Below are positions 1 to 8,085 of a stretch of DNA of 64,000 nt, piece by piece. The stretch lies in NCBI GenBank assembly GCA_021800105.1, contig JAJYZI010000002.1, positions 1,390 through 65,389 on the forward strand, read 5' to 3'. Both the position numbers and the translations under genes were made by a program. Source of the DNA: Thermoplasmata archaeon. GTDB lineage: Archaea; Thermoplasmatota; Thermoplasmata; Thermoplasmatales; Thermoplasmataceae. Position 1 is the first letter of the stretch; the number at the start of each line of letters is the position of its first letter. The notes below the pieces were generated by a model, which saw only the letters and a list, made by a program, of their open reading frames with translations, had not been told where the DNA came from and ran no database searches.

Positions 1-18
1 GTCCGGACATCCTATATT

Positions 19-252
19 ATGGATAAGAAGAATGTAAAACTGAGGATATACGGAATGACATGCGATGACTGCGTTGCCACAGTAACAAGAGGACTGAAAG
101 AACAGGATGGTGTCCTGGATGTCAAGGTATCTCTTAAGGAAGGGGTGGGCGATGTCATGCTCGACGGAGAAAAGGTAAAACCCGAGGATCTCTTGAAAAA
201 CAGGGTGTTCTCGAAGCCCTCACATTATAAGGCTATTATTACCGATCAGTGA
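19..252 (+). CDS. Heavy-metal-associated (HMA) domain metal-binding protein, MerP/CopZ-like
   Basis: 77-aa ORF with a GMTCDDC (GMTCxxC) metal-binding loop near the N-terminus, typical of the HMA ferredoxin-like fold. It ends 14 nt upstream of the merA-like gene. Confidence 0.8.
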   Translation: MDKKNVKLRIYGMTCDDCVATVTRGLKEQDGVLDVKVSLKEGVGDVMLDGEKVKPEDLLKNRVFSKPSHYKAIITDQ

Positions 253-266
253 GATGGTGAAAAGTC

Positions 267-1706
267 TTGAAGAATGAAATACAGAAATTCGATCTAGTAA
301 TACTTGGAAGAGGGGCGGCTGCCTTCTCTGCAGCAATCAAGGCCTCGGAAATGAGCGACGGCGGTATGACGATCGCAATGGTGGGTACGGGACCCCTAGG
401 AGGAACATGTGTAAACGTTGGATGCGTGCCTTCGAAGTACCTTCTTGAGGCATCGCATGCCGTCTTCAACCCTTCGCATCCGAGGATGCTAGGTATATTT
501 GAAACTTCAGTAAAGCATGATTTCAGCGAGGTCATGAATGGTCTCAGGTCATATGTTGCACATGCAAGAGATGCAAAGTATGCCCAGGTTATTGAAAGTT
601 ACAGCAACGTGAAGCTTTTCAACGGGCTTGGGAAATTCGTCGACAGGAAAACTGTCATGATCGTCGGTCAGGACGGAAAAGAATCGGCAACAGTCTTAGG
701 ATCGAACATACTGATAGCAACGGGATCAAGCCCGACGGCGCCCCCAATAGAGGGCCTGAGTGATGCAGGTTTCCTGACCAGCGATACGATATGGAACCTG
801 GAAGATCTACCGGGTTCCTTTGCTATAATAGGAGGAGGCGCTATAGGCCTTGAAATAGGGCAGGCTTTACTGCACTTCGGATCAAAAGTGACCATCATAG
901 AGGCGCTTGATTCCCTTCTACCTCAAACTGAGCCGGAGATCGGTTACGCCTTGAGGGCAGGGCTTGAGAAAGAGGGCATGAAATTTTACCTTAGGGCTAG
1001 GGTGAGCCGTGTCAGCAAATCTGCAAATGGAAAGTCCATACATATAATAACGCACAATGGAGAGGAGATAGTGGAAGCCGATGAGCTCATCGTGGCAACT
1101 GGCAGGAAGGCTAACACAGAATTCCTGAACCTTGCTGCAGCAGGAGTCGATACCGATCCGAGAGGTCTGGTCCTGACAGCAAACACCATGAAGACTTCTG
1201 CTCCTGGCATATACTCAGCCGGCGATTGCGTCTCAAAAAAGCTGTTCCTTGAGACACTTGCAGCAAGGGAAGGGGTTGTGGCAGTGAGCAACATGTTCGG
1301 TGAGGATATGAAGATCGATTATGATTCTGCGACTTGGGCTGTATTCACGAATCCACAGGTCGCAGGTGTCGGGATGACGGAGAACGAGTTCTCGAAGAAG
1401 AACGGATCATGCTCATGCAGGGTATTCTCTCTTGAGAACCTCACCAAGGCAAGCATAATTGGCGAAACGGAAGGCATAATAAAGATCACAGTGGATCCGA
1501 AGGATAACAGGATAGTTGGCATGCACATAATGGCACCCAATGCCACAGACATCATAACAGAAGGGGCATATGCCGTGAAGAACAGGTACACTATTGACGA
1601 TGTCATAGCTACGAGCCACATATTCCCATCCTTCTCGGAGGGCATAAAGCTGGCGTCCCAGTCGTTCATCAGGGATATGTCAAAGATGGCATGCTGCGTG
1701 GAATGA
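267..1706 (+). CDS. merA: Mercuric reductase (class I pyridine nucleotide-disulfide oxidoreductase)
   Basis: FAD motif DLVILGRGAAAFSAA, redox-active disulfide GGTCVNVGCVPSK, second dinucleotide motif IIGGGAIGLE, and a C-terminal vicinal Cys pair (..KMACCVE) characteristic of MerA. TTG at 267 is the only in-frame start upstream of the FAD motif. No fused N-terminal HMA domain. Confidence 0.8.
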   Translation: MKNEIQKFDLVILGRGAAAFSAAIKASEMSDGGMTIAMVGTGPLGGTCVNVGCVPSKYLLEASHAVFNPSHPRMLGIFETSVKHDFSEVMNGLRSYVAHARDAKYAQVIESYSNVKLFNGLGKFVDRKTVMIVGQDGKESATVLGSNILIATGSSPTAPPIEGLSDAGFLTSDTIWNLEDLPGSFAIIGGGAIGLEIGQALLHFGSKVTIIEALDSLLPQTEPEIGYALRAGLEKEGMKFYLRARVSRVSKSANGKSIHIITHNGEEIVEADELIVATGRKANTEFLNLAAAGVDTDPRGLVLTANTMKTSAPGIYSAGDCVSKKLFLETLAAREGVVAVSNMFGEDMKIDYDSATWAVFTNPQVAGVGMTENEFSKKNGSCSCRVFSLENLTKASIIGETEGIIKITVDPKDNRIVGMHIMAPNATDIITEGAYAVKNRYTIDDVIATSHIFPSFSEGIKLASQSFIRDMSKMACCVE

Positions 1707-2086
1707 TGGAAATGAAAGGAAAAGAAATAGTATCGAGACTGCCGTTTGCCGAGACGGTGGAACATCTTCGGAAGGCTGTGGAAGAGAATGGCCTGAAAGT
1801 TGTATCTGCAATAGACGCCCAGCAGAACCTGAAGAAAATCGGCCTGCAGTCAGGAGGCAACCAGATCCTCGAGGTGTTTAACCCGAGGCTTGCTGCAGAG
1901 GTCTTCCAAACGGACCTGCGAGCGGGCATCGTACCGCCCATCAGGATCTACATATACGAGGATAAGGGCAGGACGCATGTGACTGCACAGAATGCTTCCG
2001 CCCTCTTTTCAGAATATAACGGACTGGAGGATCTGGGCAAGAAAGTCGATGAAATGCTGCTTTCAATATTGAAAGTGGTCGAATAA
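1703..2086 (+). CDS. DUF302 domain protein
   Basis: About 127 aa with a DUF302-like pattern (..VSAIDAQQNLKKIG...ILEVFNPRLAAEV...PPIRIYIYED). ATG 1703 overlaps the merA TGA (ATGA). The ORF track starts at 1691. Confidence 0.6.
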   Translation: MMEMKGKEIVSRLPFAETVEHLRKAVEENGLKVVSAIDAQQNLKKIGLQSGGNQILEVFNPRLAAEVFQTDLRAGIVPPIRIYIYEDKGRTHVTAQNASALFSEYNGLEDLGKKVDEMLLSILKVVE

Positions 2087-2672
2087 TCCGCGAGGCAAAG
2101 CGTTCTGACCAGGTTAAAAAGTTAAGAGATTATGCATGGACAATTGGAAGCATCCATGCATGAAAGTTTACAAACCTGCAACACTGAAATATAATGAGGT
2201 AAATTCTGTAAAATTCTCACCGATATCGACGATACAAAGCATACTTGATTGCAGTAACACTTTGCCTGTAAGCTTGAGATCCAAGAACGAGCGCTGGCTT
2301 TAATCATTTCCCCGATTTCATGGTATTCAGCTTCACTGTTTCTTTCATCGCTGATTAGCAATCAAAGCGCCTTTTGGTAATGTAATTGTGTCGGGTGCCT
2401 TTAGAATGTTTTCGATGCGCACTATACCATTATTCGACCGGGCAGCCATATCTTCATGCTTGCTCGGCTTGCACCATTTCGCCTCTTCTACTTCATCTAG
2501 GTCCAAGCCGTGAATTATTTCATTCTTGTGACCTGCGGAATTTTAAGTGGCGGAGTGCTTGAAATAATTGAATTATCCTTGCTATAGCCGGGGTTCAAAT
2601 CCTGCCAGCGGCTTGTTTTCTGTTTTACGCTTATGGCAGTTATAAGACCAATTGCAAAAGGTAATTTATGCA

Positions 2673-2694
2673 ATTACAATTACGTAATTGTAAT
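2673..2694. promoter_or_regulatory. Perfect 22-bp palindrome (ATTACAATTAC|GTAATTGTAAT); candidate operator of the RHH antitoxin
   Basis: Read directly: 2673-2683 is the exact reverse complement of 2684-2694. It overlaps the ATG at 2693. An A/T-rich TATA-like AATTTAT lies about 27 nt upstream (2663-2669). Confidence 0.5.
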
Positions 2695-2956
2695 GACTAA
2701 AGAAACAATTCAGATCAGGGTGGATGAAAAAACATCAAGGTTTGTAGAGAGTCTCCTGGCTTCTGGATTATTTAAAACCAAGAGCGATGCAATCCGATAT
2801 TTGTTGTCTATGGGAATATCCGCCACAAGGAAGTTTTCTGGTGTTGGGGAAAAAGTCGAGATCCTGAAGCGCCTCGAGAAGTCTAATGGAAAATTCCCTA
2901 TTGAATTGAGCGGCGGGCTTAAAGATCTCATAGACGACAGACACAGATTCAAATGA
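2693..2956 (+). CDS. vapB: Ribbon-helix-helix (CopG/VapB-like) antitoxin
   Basis: N-terminus MTKETIQIRVDEKTSRFVESLLASGLFKTKSDAIRYLL fits the beta-strand/helix/helix RHH pattern. Its stop overlaps the PIN gene start (ATGA at 2953-2956). The ORF track offers a longer start at 2633, whose extra residues look non-homologous. Confidence 0.6.
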   Translation: MTKETIQIRVDEKTSRFVESLLASGLFKTKSDAIRYLLSMGISATRKFSGVGEKVEILKRLEKSNGKFPIELSGGLKDLIDDRHRFK

Positions 2957-3444
2957 ATTACATTGACACAAGTGTGATTGTATCGGCATTAGACAACGAA
3001 GACACATCTTCAGATGAATCTATTAAGGTACTCAAAAGGCCGGAAAAGGTTGTTTCAGAACTGGTCATTGCGGAACTTAATTCTGTAATGTTCAGAAATC
3101 GTAATTTCAAAACCTTGGTTGCTGAATTGTCTGGAGACGTTCTTTCTACATCATACGCTGCCATTGCTTACGTTCTGGAAAGATTTGAGATTCTATACCT
3201 TCCCACTCAGCACCTGAAGACTGAAACTCCAATAGGAATATATGACAATGTTATTGCATTCACAATAGGTCTTACCAATCGAATACCTTTGAAGACACTG
3301 GATTTATTACACATATCTTATGCTTTAGATATCGCAAATTCAACAAGATCTCAAATTGAATTCATCACACGTGATAAGGAGTTTGAAACTTATAAAAATG
3401 AAATTCTGGAACTTTGCAGAATCAAGATTAACTGGATTCCTTAA
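2953..3444 (+). CDS. vapC: PIN-domain toxin (VapC-like ribonuclease)
   Basis: MNYIDTSVIVSAL.. places the conserved first acidic residue (D5) of PIN domains. There are further acidic residues (..ITRDKEFE..) near the C-terminus, and the gene has a 4-nt overlap with the upstream RHH gene. Confidence 0.65.
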   Translation: MNYIDTSVIVSALDNEDTSSDESIKVLKRPEKVVSELVIAELNSVMFRNRNFKTLVAELSGDVLSTSYAAIAYVLERFEILYLPTQHLKTETPIGIYDNVIAFTIGLTNRIPLKTLDLLHISYALDIANSTRSQIEFITRDKEFETYKNEILELCRIKINWIP

Positions 3445-3467
3445 TAGGTTAATGGTGAACTTGCTTT

Positions 3468-3986
3468 TCATTCAATGGCCCTTTTCAAAAGCTTGACTAT
3501 CTTCTCCTCAGTATCTTTGTTCAGCGCAGAAACTGCAAAGGAAGTCGGCCACATTGAGCCATCATCAAGTCGGGCGTTGTCGCTGAAACCGAGCGTGGAA
3601 TATCTTGTCTTGAATTTCTGCGAATTCTGGAAAAAACAGATTATTTTGTCATCCAATGCATAAGCGGGCATTCCATACCATGTCCGGGGATAAAGCTGTG
3701 GTGCATTCTTCGTGATCAGATCATGAAGACGTTTTGCCATGGTCCTATCCTGTTCCGCCATCTTTGATATGCTTTCCATCACTTCCTTCTCGCCTTCTTC
3801 CCTCGATCTCTTCTTGCCTGATCCGGATGCTTTCCTGGCCTCCTTAGCCCGCTCCCTCATTGCAGCTTTTTCTTCTTCGGAGAAACCATCATTCTTGCTT
3901 GCAAACGTCTTCCTGTCTTTTCCGTGGGCCGTTTTTTTCACTCCCTTATTGTCAGTCATTTTATTACCATATTGATCAGAAGGCAT
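3468..3986 (-). CDS. DUF1801 (YdhG-like) domain protein with a basic Lys/Glu-rich N-terminal tail
   Basis: C-terminal half ..MAKRLHDLITKNAPQLYPRTWYGMPAYALDDKIICFFQNSQKFKTRYSTLGFSDNARLDDGSMWPTSFAV.. matches the DUF1801 pattern I recognise from bacterial homologues. Confidence 0.6.
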   Translation of the reverse strand: MPSDQYGNKMTDNKGVKKTAHGKDRKTFASKNDGFSEEEKAAMRERAKEARKASGSGKKRSREEGEKEVMESISKMAEQDRTMAKRLHDLITKNAPQLYPRTWYGMPAYALDDKIICFFQNSQKFKTRYSTLGFSDNARLDDGSMWPTSFAVSALNKDTEEKIVKLLKRAIE

Positions 3987-4062
3987 CTCCTGGTTGTACC
4001 GGTACTGTTCTATCCAGGCATTATGCCTTCATCTTCCTCTGACCTATTGGATATATGTGTAT

Positions 4063-4584
4063 TTATTTTCTGTTCCTGGCAGTAAATATATCTAGTATAA
4101 GAGAGCCCGCCAATAGTGCTGCAAGTGCCAGAAGAGATGATATTGTGAAGTCAAGAGGATCTCCTGCAATATATGAGAAGATTGCAAGTGCAATCGCTGG
4201 AGGGTGCGAAAATTCTGTGAATGTTATGAATGCAGAAACGATGATTACGTTCAGGATCAGCCCCCCGAGGGCTGCTCCAAATGCTAAGTGTATAATATCG
4301 GAGGTTATTATGACAAGAAGGTATGTGGCGGCAAGGCTTTTCCTGCTTGCATATTTTGTATTTCTCTGGAAAACAACCAGGTATGCAGAAACGGCATAAG
4401 GAGGGGCAAGGATGTAGTTCCCTCTTATTGTTATAAGAGATAGAATTACGGCGAAGATTATTAGAAATGCAACGTAATTCTTGATTTTGCTCGGTAGAGG
4501 TGCATCATCATCTTCTTTCAGTCCTTTCACCGTCCTGGAATTTTTGTGCGCTTGTTTCCTGTTTCCGCTTCCGTTTGTGATCAC
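4063..4584 (-). CDS. HPP-family integral membrane protein
   Basis: Four predicted TM helices. It has the eponymous ..FSHPPAIALA.. motif and an ..LAPPYAVSAYLVVF.. segment resembling the conserved GASAVL region of the HPP family. Confidence 0.5.
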   Translation of the reverse strand: MITNGSGNRKQAHKNSRTVKGLKEDDDAPLPSKIKNYVAFLIIFAVILSLITIRGNYILAPPYAVSAYLVVFQRNTKYASRKSLAATYLLVIITSDIIHLAFGAALGGLILNVIIVSAFITFTEFSHPPAIALAIFSYIAGDPLDFTISSLLALAALLAGSLILDIFTARNRK

Positions 4585-4767
4585 TGATCTTAACCGAATG
4601 TTCCCTTAGTATTACTGGGCACATTTAATGCATTGATCCCTGGTCTTGAGTGTTCGAATCTGCAGGAATTCCATGGCCCTCTTCAATAATCCTGCTGCAA
4701 TCAATCCTATTGCGAATCAAAGATAAATTTATGCTGATTGCTCGGGATCGTCATGCCTTATGACCTG

Positions 4768-5367
4768 TCAGGAAGTGAAGATGATGATTATTGCAGTTGC
4801 GAATAGTATCAGTCCCATCACGTAATCAATGTATCTTGGAGGGATTTTTTCCATTGCACCTGCCAGTCCTCTTGTCGATACATAGGACATAATGGTCAGG
4901 GAAATTGAGCTTACAGCGACAAATACTGCAAGTATCAGGCCTACCTCGAAAAGAGGAAGCGCGGATCCTGCAAGTATTATTGGAATAAGTGCGAGGTCAG
5001 GAAATGCACTGATCGCAAGTGTGGACTTTACAGGTGCGCTTGATCGATCATCCTGAAGGTCCATCTCCATTACCCCGTTGACGATGAAATATACACCGAC
5101 TGCAAAGAGCAGAATTATCGATGCAATGTCAACGTATTCCAGATATCTGTGGACAAGGATCACGCCGATTACAAGGACTATTCCTGCAACTGCTTCGGAC
5201 GTTAGCGCATGAAGCGCACCAAGCGTTGCGGCTGTAACGTAGGTTCTCTTCCTTGTGTAATTAAGTTTTCCCGAGACCACTGCAAGAGGTGCCCAGTGGT
5301 CCGGCGCGATCATGTGCAGCCCTCCCAGGACGATTGCAGTCCCCAAGAGAAAGAAGAACAGGTCCAT
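4768..5367 (-). CDS. Polytopic membrane protein with a NiCoT/NicO-like HX4DH motif (putative metal transporter)
   Basis: About 6 TM helices. The first helix carries GGLHMIAPDHW (H-x4-D-H), the signature associated with nickel/cobalt transporter families. At 199 aa it is shorter than classical NiCoT. Confidence 0.35.
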   Translation of the reverse strand: MDLFFFLLGTAIVLGGLHMIAPDHWAPLAVVSGKLNYTRKRTYVTAATLGALHALTSEAVAGIVLVIGVILVHRYLEYVDIASIILLFAVGVYFIVNGVMEMDLQDDRSSAPVKSTLAISAFPDLALIPIILAGSALPLFEVGLILAVFVAVSSISLTIMSYVSTRGLAGAMEKIPPRYIDYVMGLILFATAIIIIFTS

Positions 5368-5605
5368 TCTTCCGCCATTGGAGTGCTTTAGATAATATTG
5401 CCGGATTTGACCGCTACTTGAAGAACATATCCAGATTTTATGTAATTATTATCGCTTCTCGAATATATATTTAAATAGAGCGTAGCATCTATCTCAATAA
5501 ACCCCAAGAGAAGGTTGTTTCAATGATAATTCTGTAAAGAATTAGTCAGGCTCGATCGAGGTAAAGTAGAATACATAAATATACGGCTGAAAGATTAGTC
5601 TGAAC

Positions 5606-6895
5606 ATGAGCGACAATTTTGAGAAGGCTCTGAAAATAAGGGAACTGGCAAAGAAACACAATGAATTTTTCAAGGAAAGCATACCTTTAATCGCATCCGA
5701 GAACGTTATGAGTCCGCTTGCACTCGAAATGCTGCTGACTGATCTAGGATCCAGATATGCGGAGGGACTCCCGCACCACCGTTATTACCAGGGAAATAAA
5801 TTCGTGGATGAAATAGAAGATCTCGCGATAGCATATGCCAAGCAGCTATTCAGGAGCGACCAGGCAGATCCCAGGCCAATATCGGGCACCAATGCAAACA
5901 TTGCTGCTATCTATGGACTCACGAAACCGGGAGACAGGATAACCGTTCCCCCGCTGTCAGGAGGAGGTCATATCAGCGCCGCAAAATTCGGAGCGGTGGG
6001 GCTCAGAGGCCTGGATTCATCTGACTATCCTTTTGACAATGACGAAATGAATATAGATGTCGACGGCACGATAAAGCTGATAAGGGAAAAGAAGCCGAAG
6101 GTCTGCCTGATTGGGCAATCCGTGTACCTCTTTCCGACACCGATTCGAGATATCATGGATGCAGTCCATGAGGTCGGCGCAAAGCTTTGGTATGATGGCG
6201 CCCATGTACTCGGGCTTATTGCAGGAGGCGTCTTCCAGGACCCGCTGAGGGAAGGGGCAGACATTATTACAGCCAGCACGCATAAGACATTCCCCGGCCC
6301 GCAGCATGGAATAATCCTTGGCAAGACCTCTGAGGAGACATGGAAGTCGGTACAGCGTGGCGTATTCCCTGGATCCCTGAGCAACCATCACCTGAACGCT
6401 ATGGCGGCTCTTGCTGTCACGCTTGCGGAAGAGCTTGAATTCGGCAATGAGTATGCCAGGAAGATCGTGGAAAACGCAAAGGCGCTTGCAGTTGCACTGA
6501 ATGAGGAGGGATTCAATGTTCTCGGCGAAAAGAAAGGCTTCACGGAATCGCACACGCTTGTAGTTGACGTTAGGAAACAGGGAGGAGGAAAGCTGTCATC
6601 CGAGATGCTTGAGGATGTGGACATAGTCCTGAACAAGAACCTGCTTCCGTGGGACTCAAGCAAGAATTCGCAGGATCCTAGCGGTTTGCGAATAGGGACG
6701 CAGGAAGTGACGAGGATCGGCTTCGAGAAATCGGAGATGAAGGAGATTGCGAAACTGATGGCAGATCTGCTGATCAAGAAGAGGGATCCCTCAGCAGTGA
6801 GATCGGATGTCAGGGAACTCAAGGGAAGACACCAGATGATCAGGTTCTGCTTCGGGCAGGAGAAGGCATATACTTATCATGAAATATTCCGGTGA
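5606..6895 (+). CDS. glyA: Serine hydroxymethyltransferase
   Basis: IASENVMSPLALE, SGTNANIAA and the PLP-lysine motif STHKTFPGPQHG. The 429-aa length is typical. Confidence 0.9.
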   Translation: MSDNFEKALKIRELAKKHNEFFKESIPLIASENVMSPLALEMLLTDLGSRYAEGLPHHRYYQGNKFVDEIEDLAIAYAKQLFRSDQADPRPISGTNANIAAIYGLTKPGDRITVPPLSGGGHISAAKFGAVGLRGLDSSDYPFDNDEMNIDVDGTIKLIREKKPKVCLIGQSVYLFPTPIRDIMDAVHEVGAKLWYDGAHVLGLIAGGVFQDPLREGADIITASTHKTFPGPQHGIILGKTSEETWKSVQRGVFPGSLSNHHLNAMAALAVTLAEELEFGNEYARKIVENAKALAVALNEEGFNVLGEKKGFTESHTLVVDVRKQGGGKLSSEMLEDVDIVLNKNLLPWDSSKNSQDPSGLRIGTQEVTRIGFEKSEMKEIAKLMADLLIKKRDPSAVRSDVRELKGRHQMIRFCFGQEKAYTYHEIFR

Positions 6896-7341
6896 CTGAC
6901 TGCATGGCTGATCCTATCAGGAAGGTGCAGGTAATACCTTACAGGAAGCGCCCATGGTTGGAAATACTCATGCTCAAGACAATCCCGAGGAGGGGAGGTT
7001 TCTGGCAGTGTGTCACTGGTAAGGTCGAGTCCTCTGAGGATCTTAAGACCGCAGCTCTTAGGGAGCTTGCGGAGGAAACTGGCATTACATCCGGCTTTCT
7101 GGGGCACATCTCCGATCCAATATACAGCTTCGAGTATGAGAAGAACGGAAAGAGATTCAAGGAAACCGTTTTTGCCGTCGAGGTAACAGGAGATCCTGTA
7201 GTGGATCTCGAACATAATGTGTACCCGGAGCATGTGAAGCATGAATGGGTGTCGCCAGAAGATGCCCTCCGGCGCTCAAGATTCGACTCTCAGAAGAATT
7301 CTATAGAAGCTTTCCTTCACAGTTTCATGCATGATCGATGA
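6892..7341 (+). CDS. NUDIX hydrolase
   Basis: Nudix box GKVESSEDLKTAALRELAEETGI (Gx5Ex7REUxEExGU). The GTG start overlaps the glyA stop (GTGA). Confidence 0.75.
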   Translation: MTDCMADPIRKVQVIPYRKRPWLEILMLKTIPRRGGFWQCVTGKVESSEDLKTAALRELAEETGITSGFLGHISDPIYSFEYEKNGKRFKETVFAVEVTGDPVVDLEHNVYPEHVKHEWVSPEDALRRSRFDSQKNSIEAFLHSFMHDR

Positions 7342-7476
7342 AAGATCGGAGCAAATCGAGCAGCCGCAATACAGAAAATATCATGAATGCAATTTATAAG
7401 ACTGCTGTGATGCCATTATCTAATCTTTTGCATCGTGGTGAATAGATCCCCGGTTTTTGAACAAATTAAGGTTATG

Positions 7477-7497
7477 TTTTATATACTATATAAATAT
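7477..7497 (+). promoter_or_regulatory. TATA-box-like A/T tract upstream of tbp
   Basis: TTTTATATACTATATAAATAT lies 23-43 nt upstream of the tbp ATG, a spacing compatible with a short or absent leader. The call rests on sequence pattern only. Confidence 0.35.
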
Positions 7498-7519
7498 GCG
7501 AGTGCATAAGTGATATTTC

Positions 7520-8074
7520 ATGAGTGAGAAAGAAAAGATTACCATTGAGAATATTGTAGCGTCAACGTCCCTTGCCGAACGCCTGGATCTCAGCAGGATA
7601 GCCCTCGCCCTGGATGGATCTGAATATGAACCTGAGCAGTTTCCGGGGCTTATTTACAGGCTCCATGAACCAAAGACAGCCGTCCTGATCTTCAGGAGCG
7701 GAAAGGTTAACTGCACTGGCGCCAAGAATATTGAGAACGTAAAACTTACAATCGATACGATCATAAAGAAGCTTAAGAAAGCCGGAATAAAGGTCTACGA
7801 CAACCCTGACATCGTTGTCCAGAATATTGTTGCCGTCTACGATCTTGAACATGATCTTAACCTTACAGATATTGCGATGTCGCTTGGCCTTGAAAATGTC
7901 GAGTATGAGCCGGAGCAGTTCCCAGGTCTAGTGTACAGGGTAGAGGAACCAAAGGTTGTCCTCCTTCTTTTCGGTTCAGGAAAAGTAGTTTGCACAGGTG
8001 CCAAAGAAGAGAGCGAAATAGAGCAGGCGGTCATCAAGGTCAAGAAGGAACTCCAGAAAGTCGGTCTAATCTGA
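7520..8074 (+). CDS. tbp: TATA-box binding protein
   Basis: Two direct repeats, each with ..EYEPEQFPGL(I/V)YR..P..(V)(L)L(I/L)F.SGK(V).CTGAK.. The 184-aa length is archaeal TBP size. Confidence 0.95.
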   Translation: MSEKEKITIENIVASTSLAERLDLSRIALALDGSEYEPEQFPGLIYRLHEPKTAVLIFRSGKVNCTGAKNIENVKLTIDTIIKKLKKAGIKVYDNPDIVVQNIVAVYDLEHDLNLTDIAMSLGLENVEYEPEQFPGLVYRVEEPKVVLLLFGSGKVVCTGAKEESEIEQAVIKVKKELQKVGLI

Positions 8075-8085
8075 ACCCTCACGGA

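Noticed and set aside
2585-2612. tRNA-like T-loop motif GGTTCAAATCC (..GCCGGGGTTCAAATCCTGCCAGCGGC..) just upstream of the toxin-antitoxin pair. It could have been a tRNA 3' fragment or att site.
   Set aside because: The flanking bases do not form a T stem (CGGGG versus CCTGC). No acceptor, anticodon or D arm can be folded on either strand, and I found no matching direct repeat elsewhere in the window.
4640-4675. Second T-loop-like string (GTGTTCGAATCTGCAGG) in the 4585-4767 spacer, which together with the first might have bracketed an integrated element.
   Set aside because: No complementary stems are present, and there is no sequence similarity to the 2585-2612 site beyond the short TTCRAAT core. 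This is compatible with chance.
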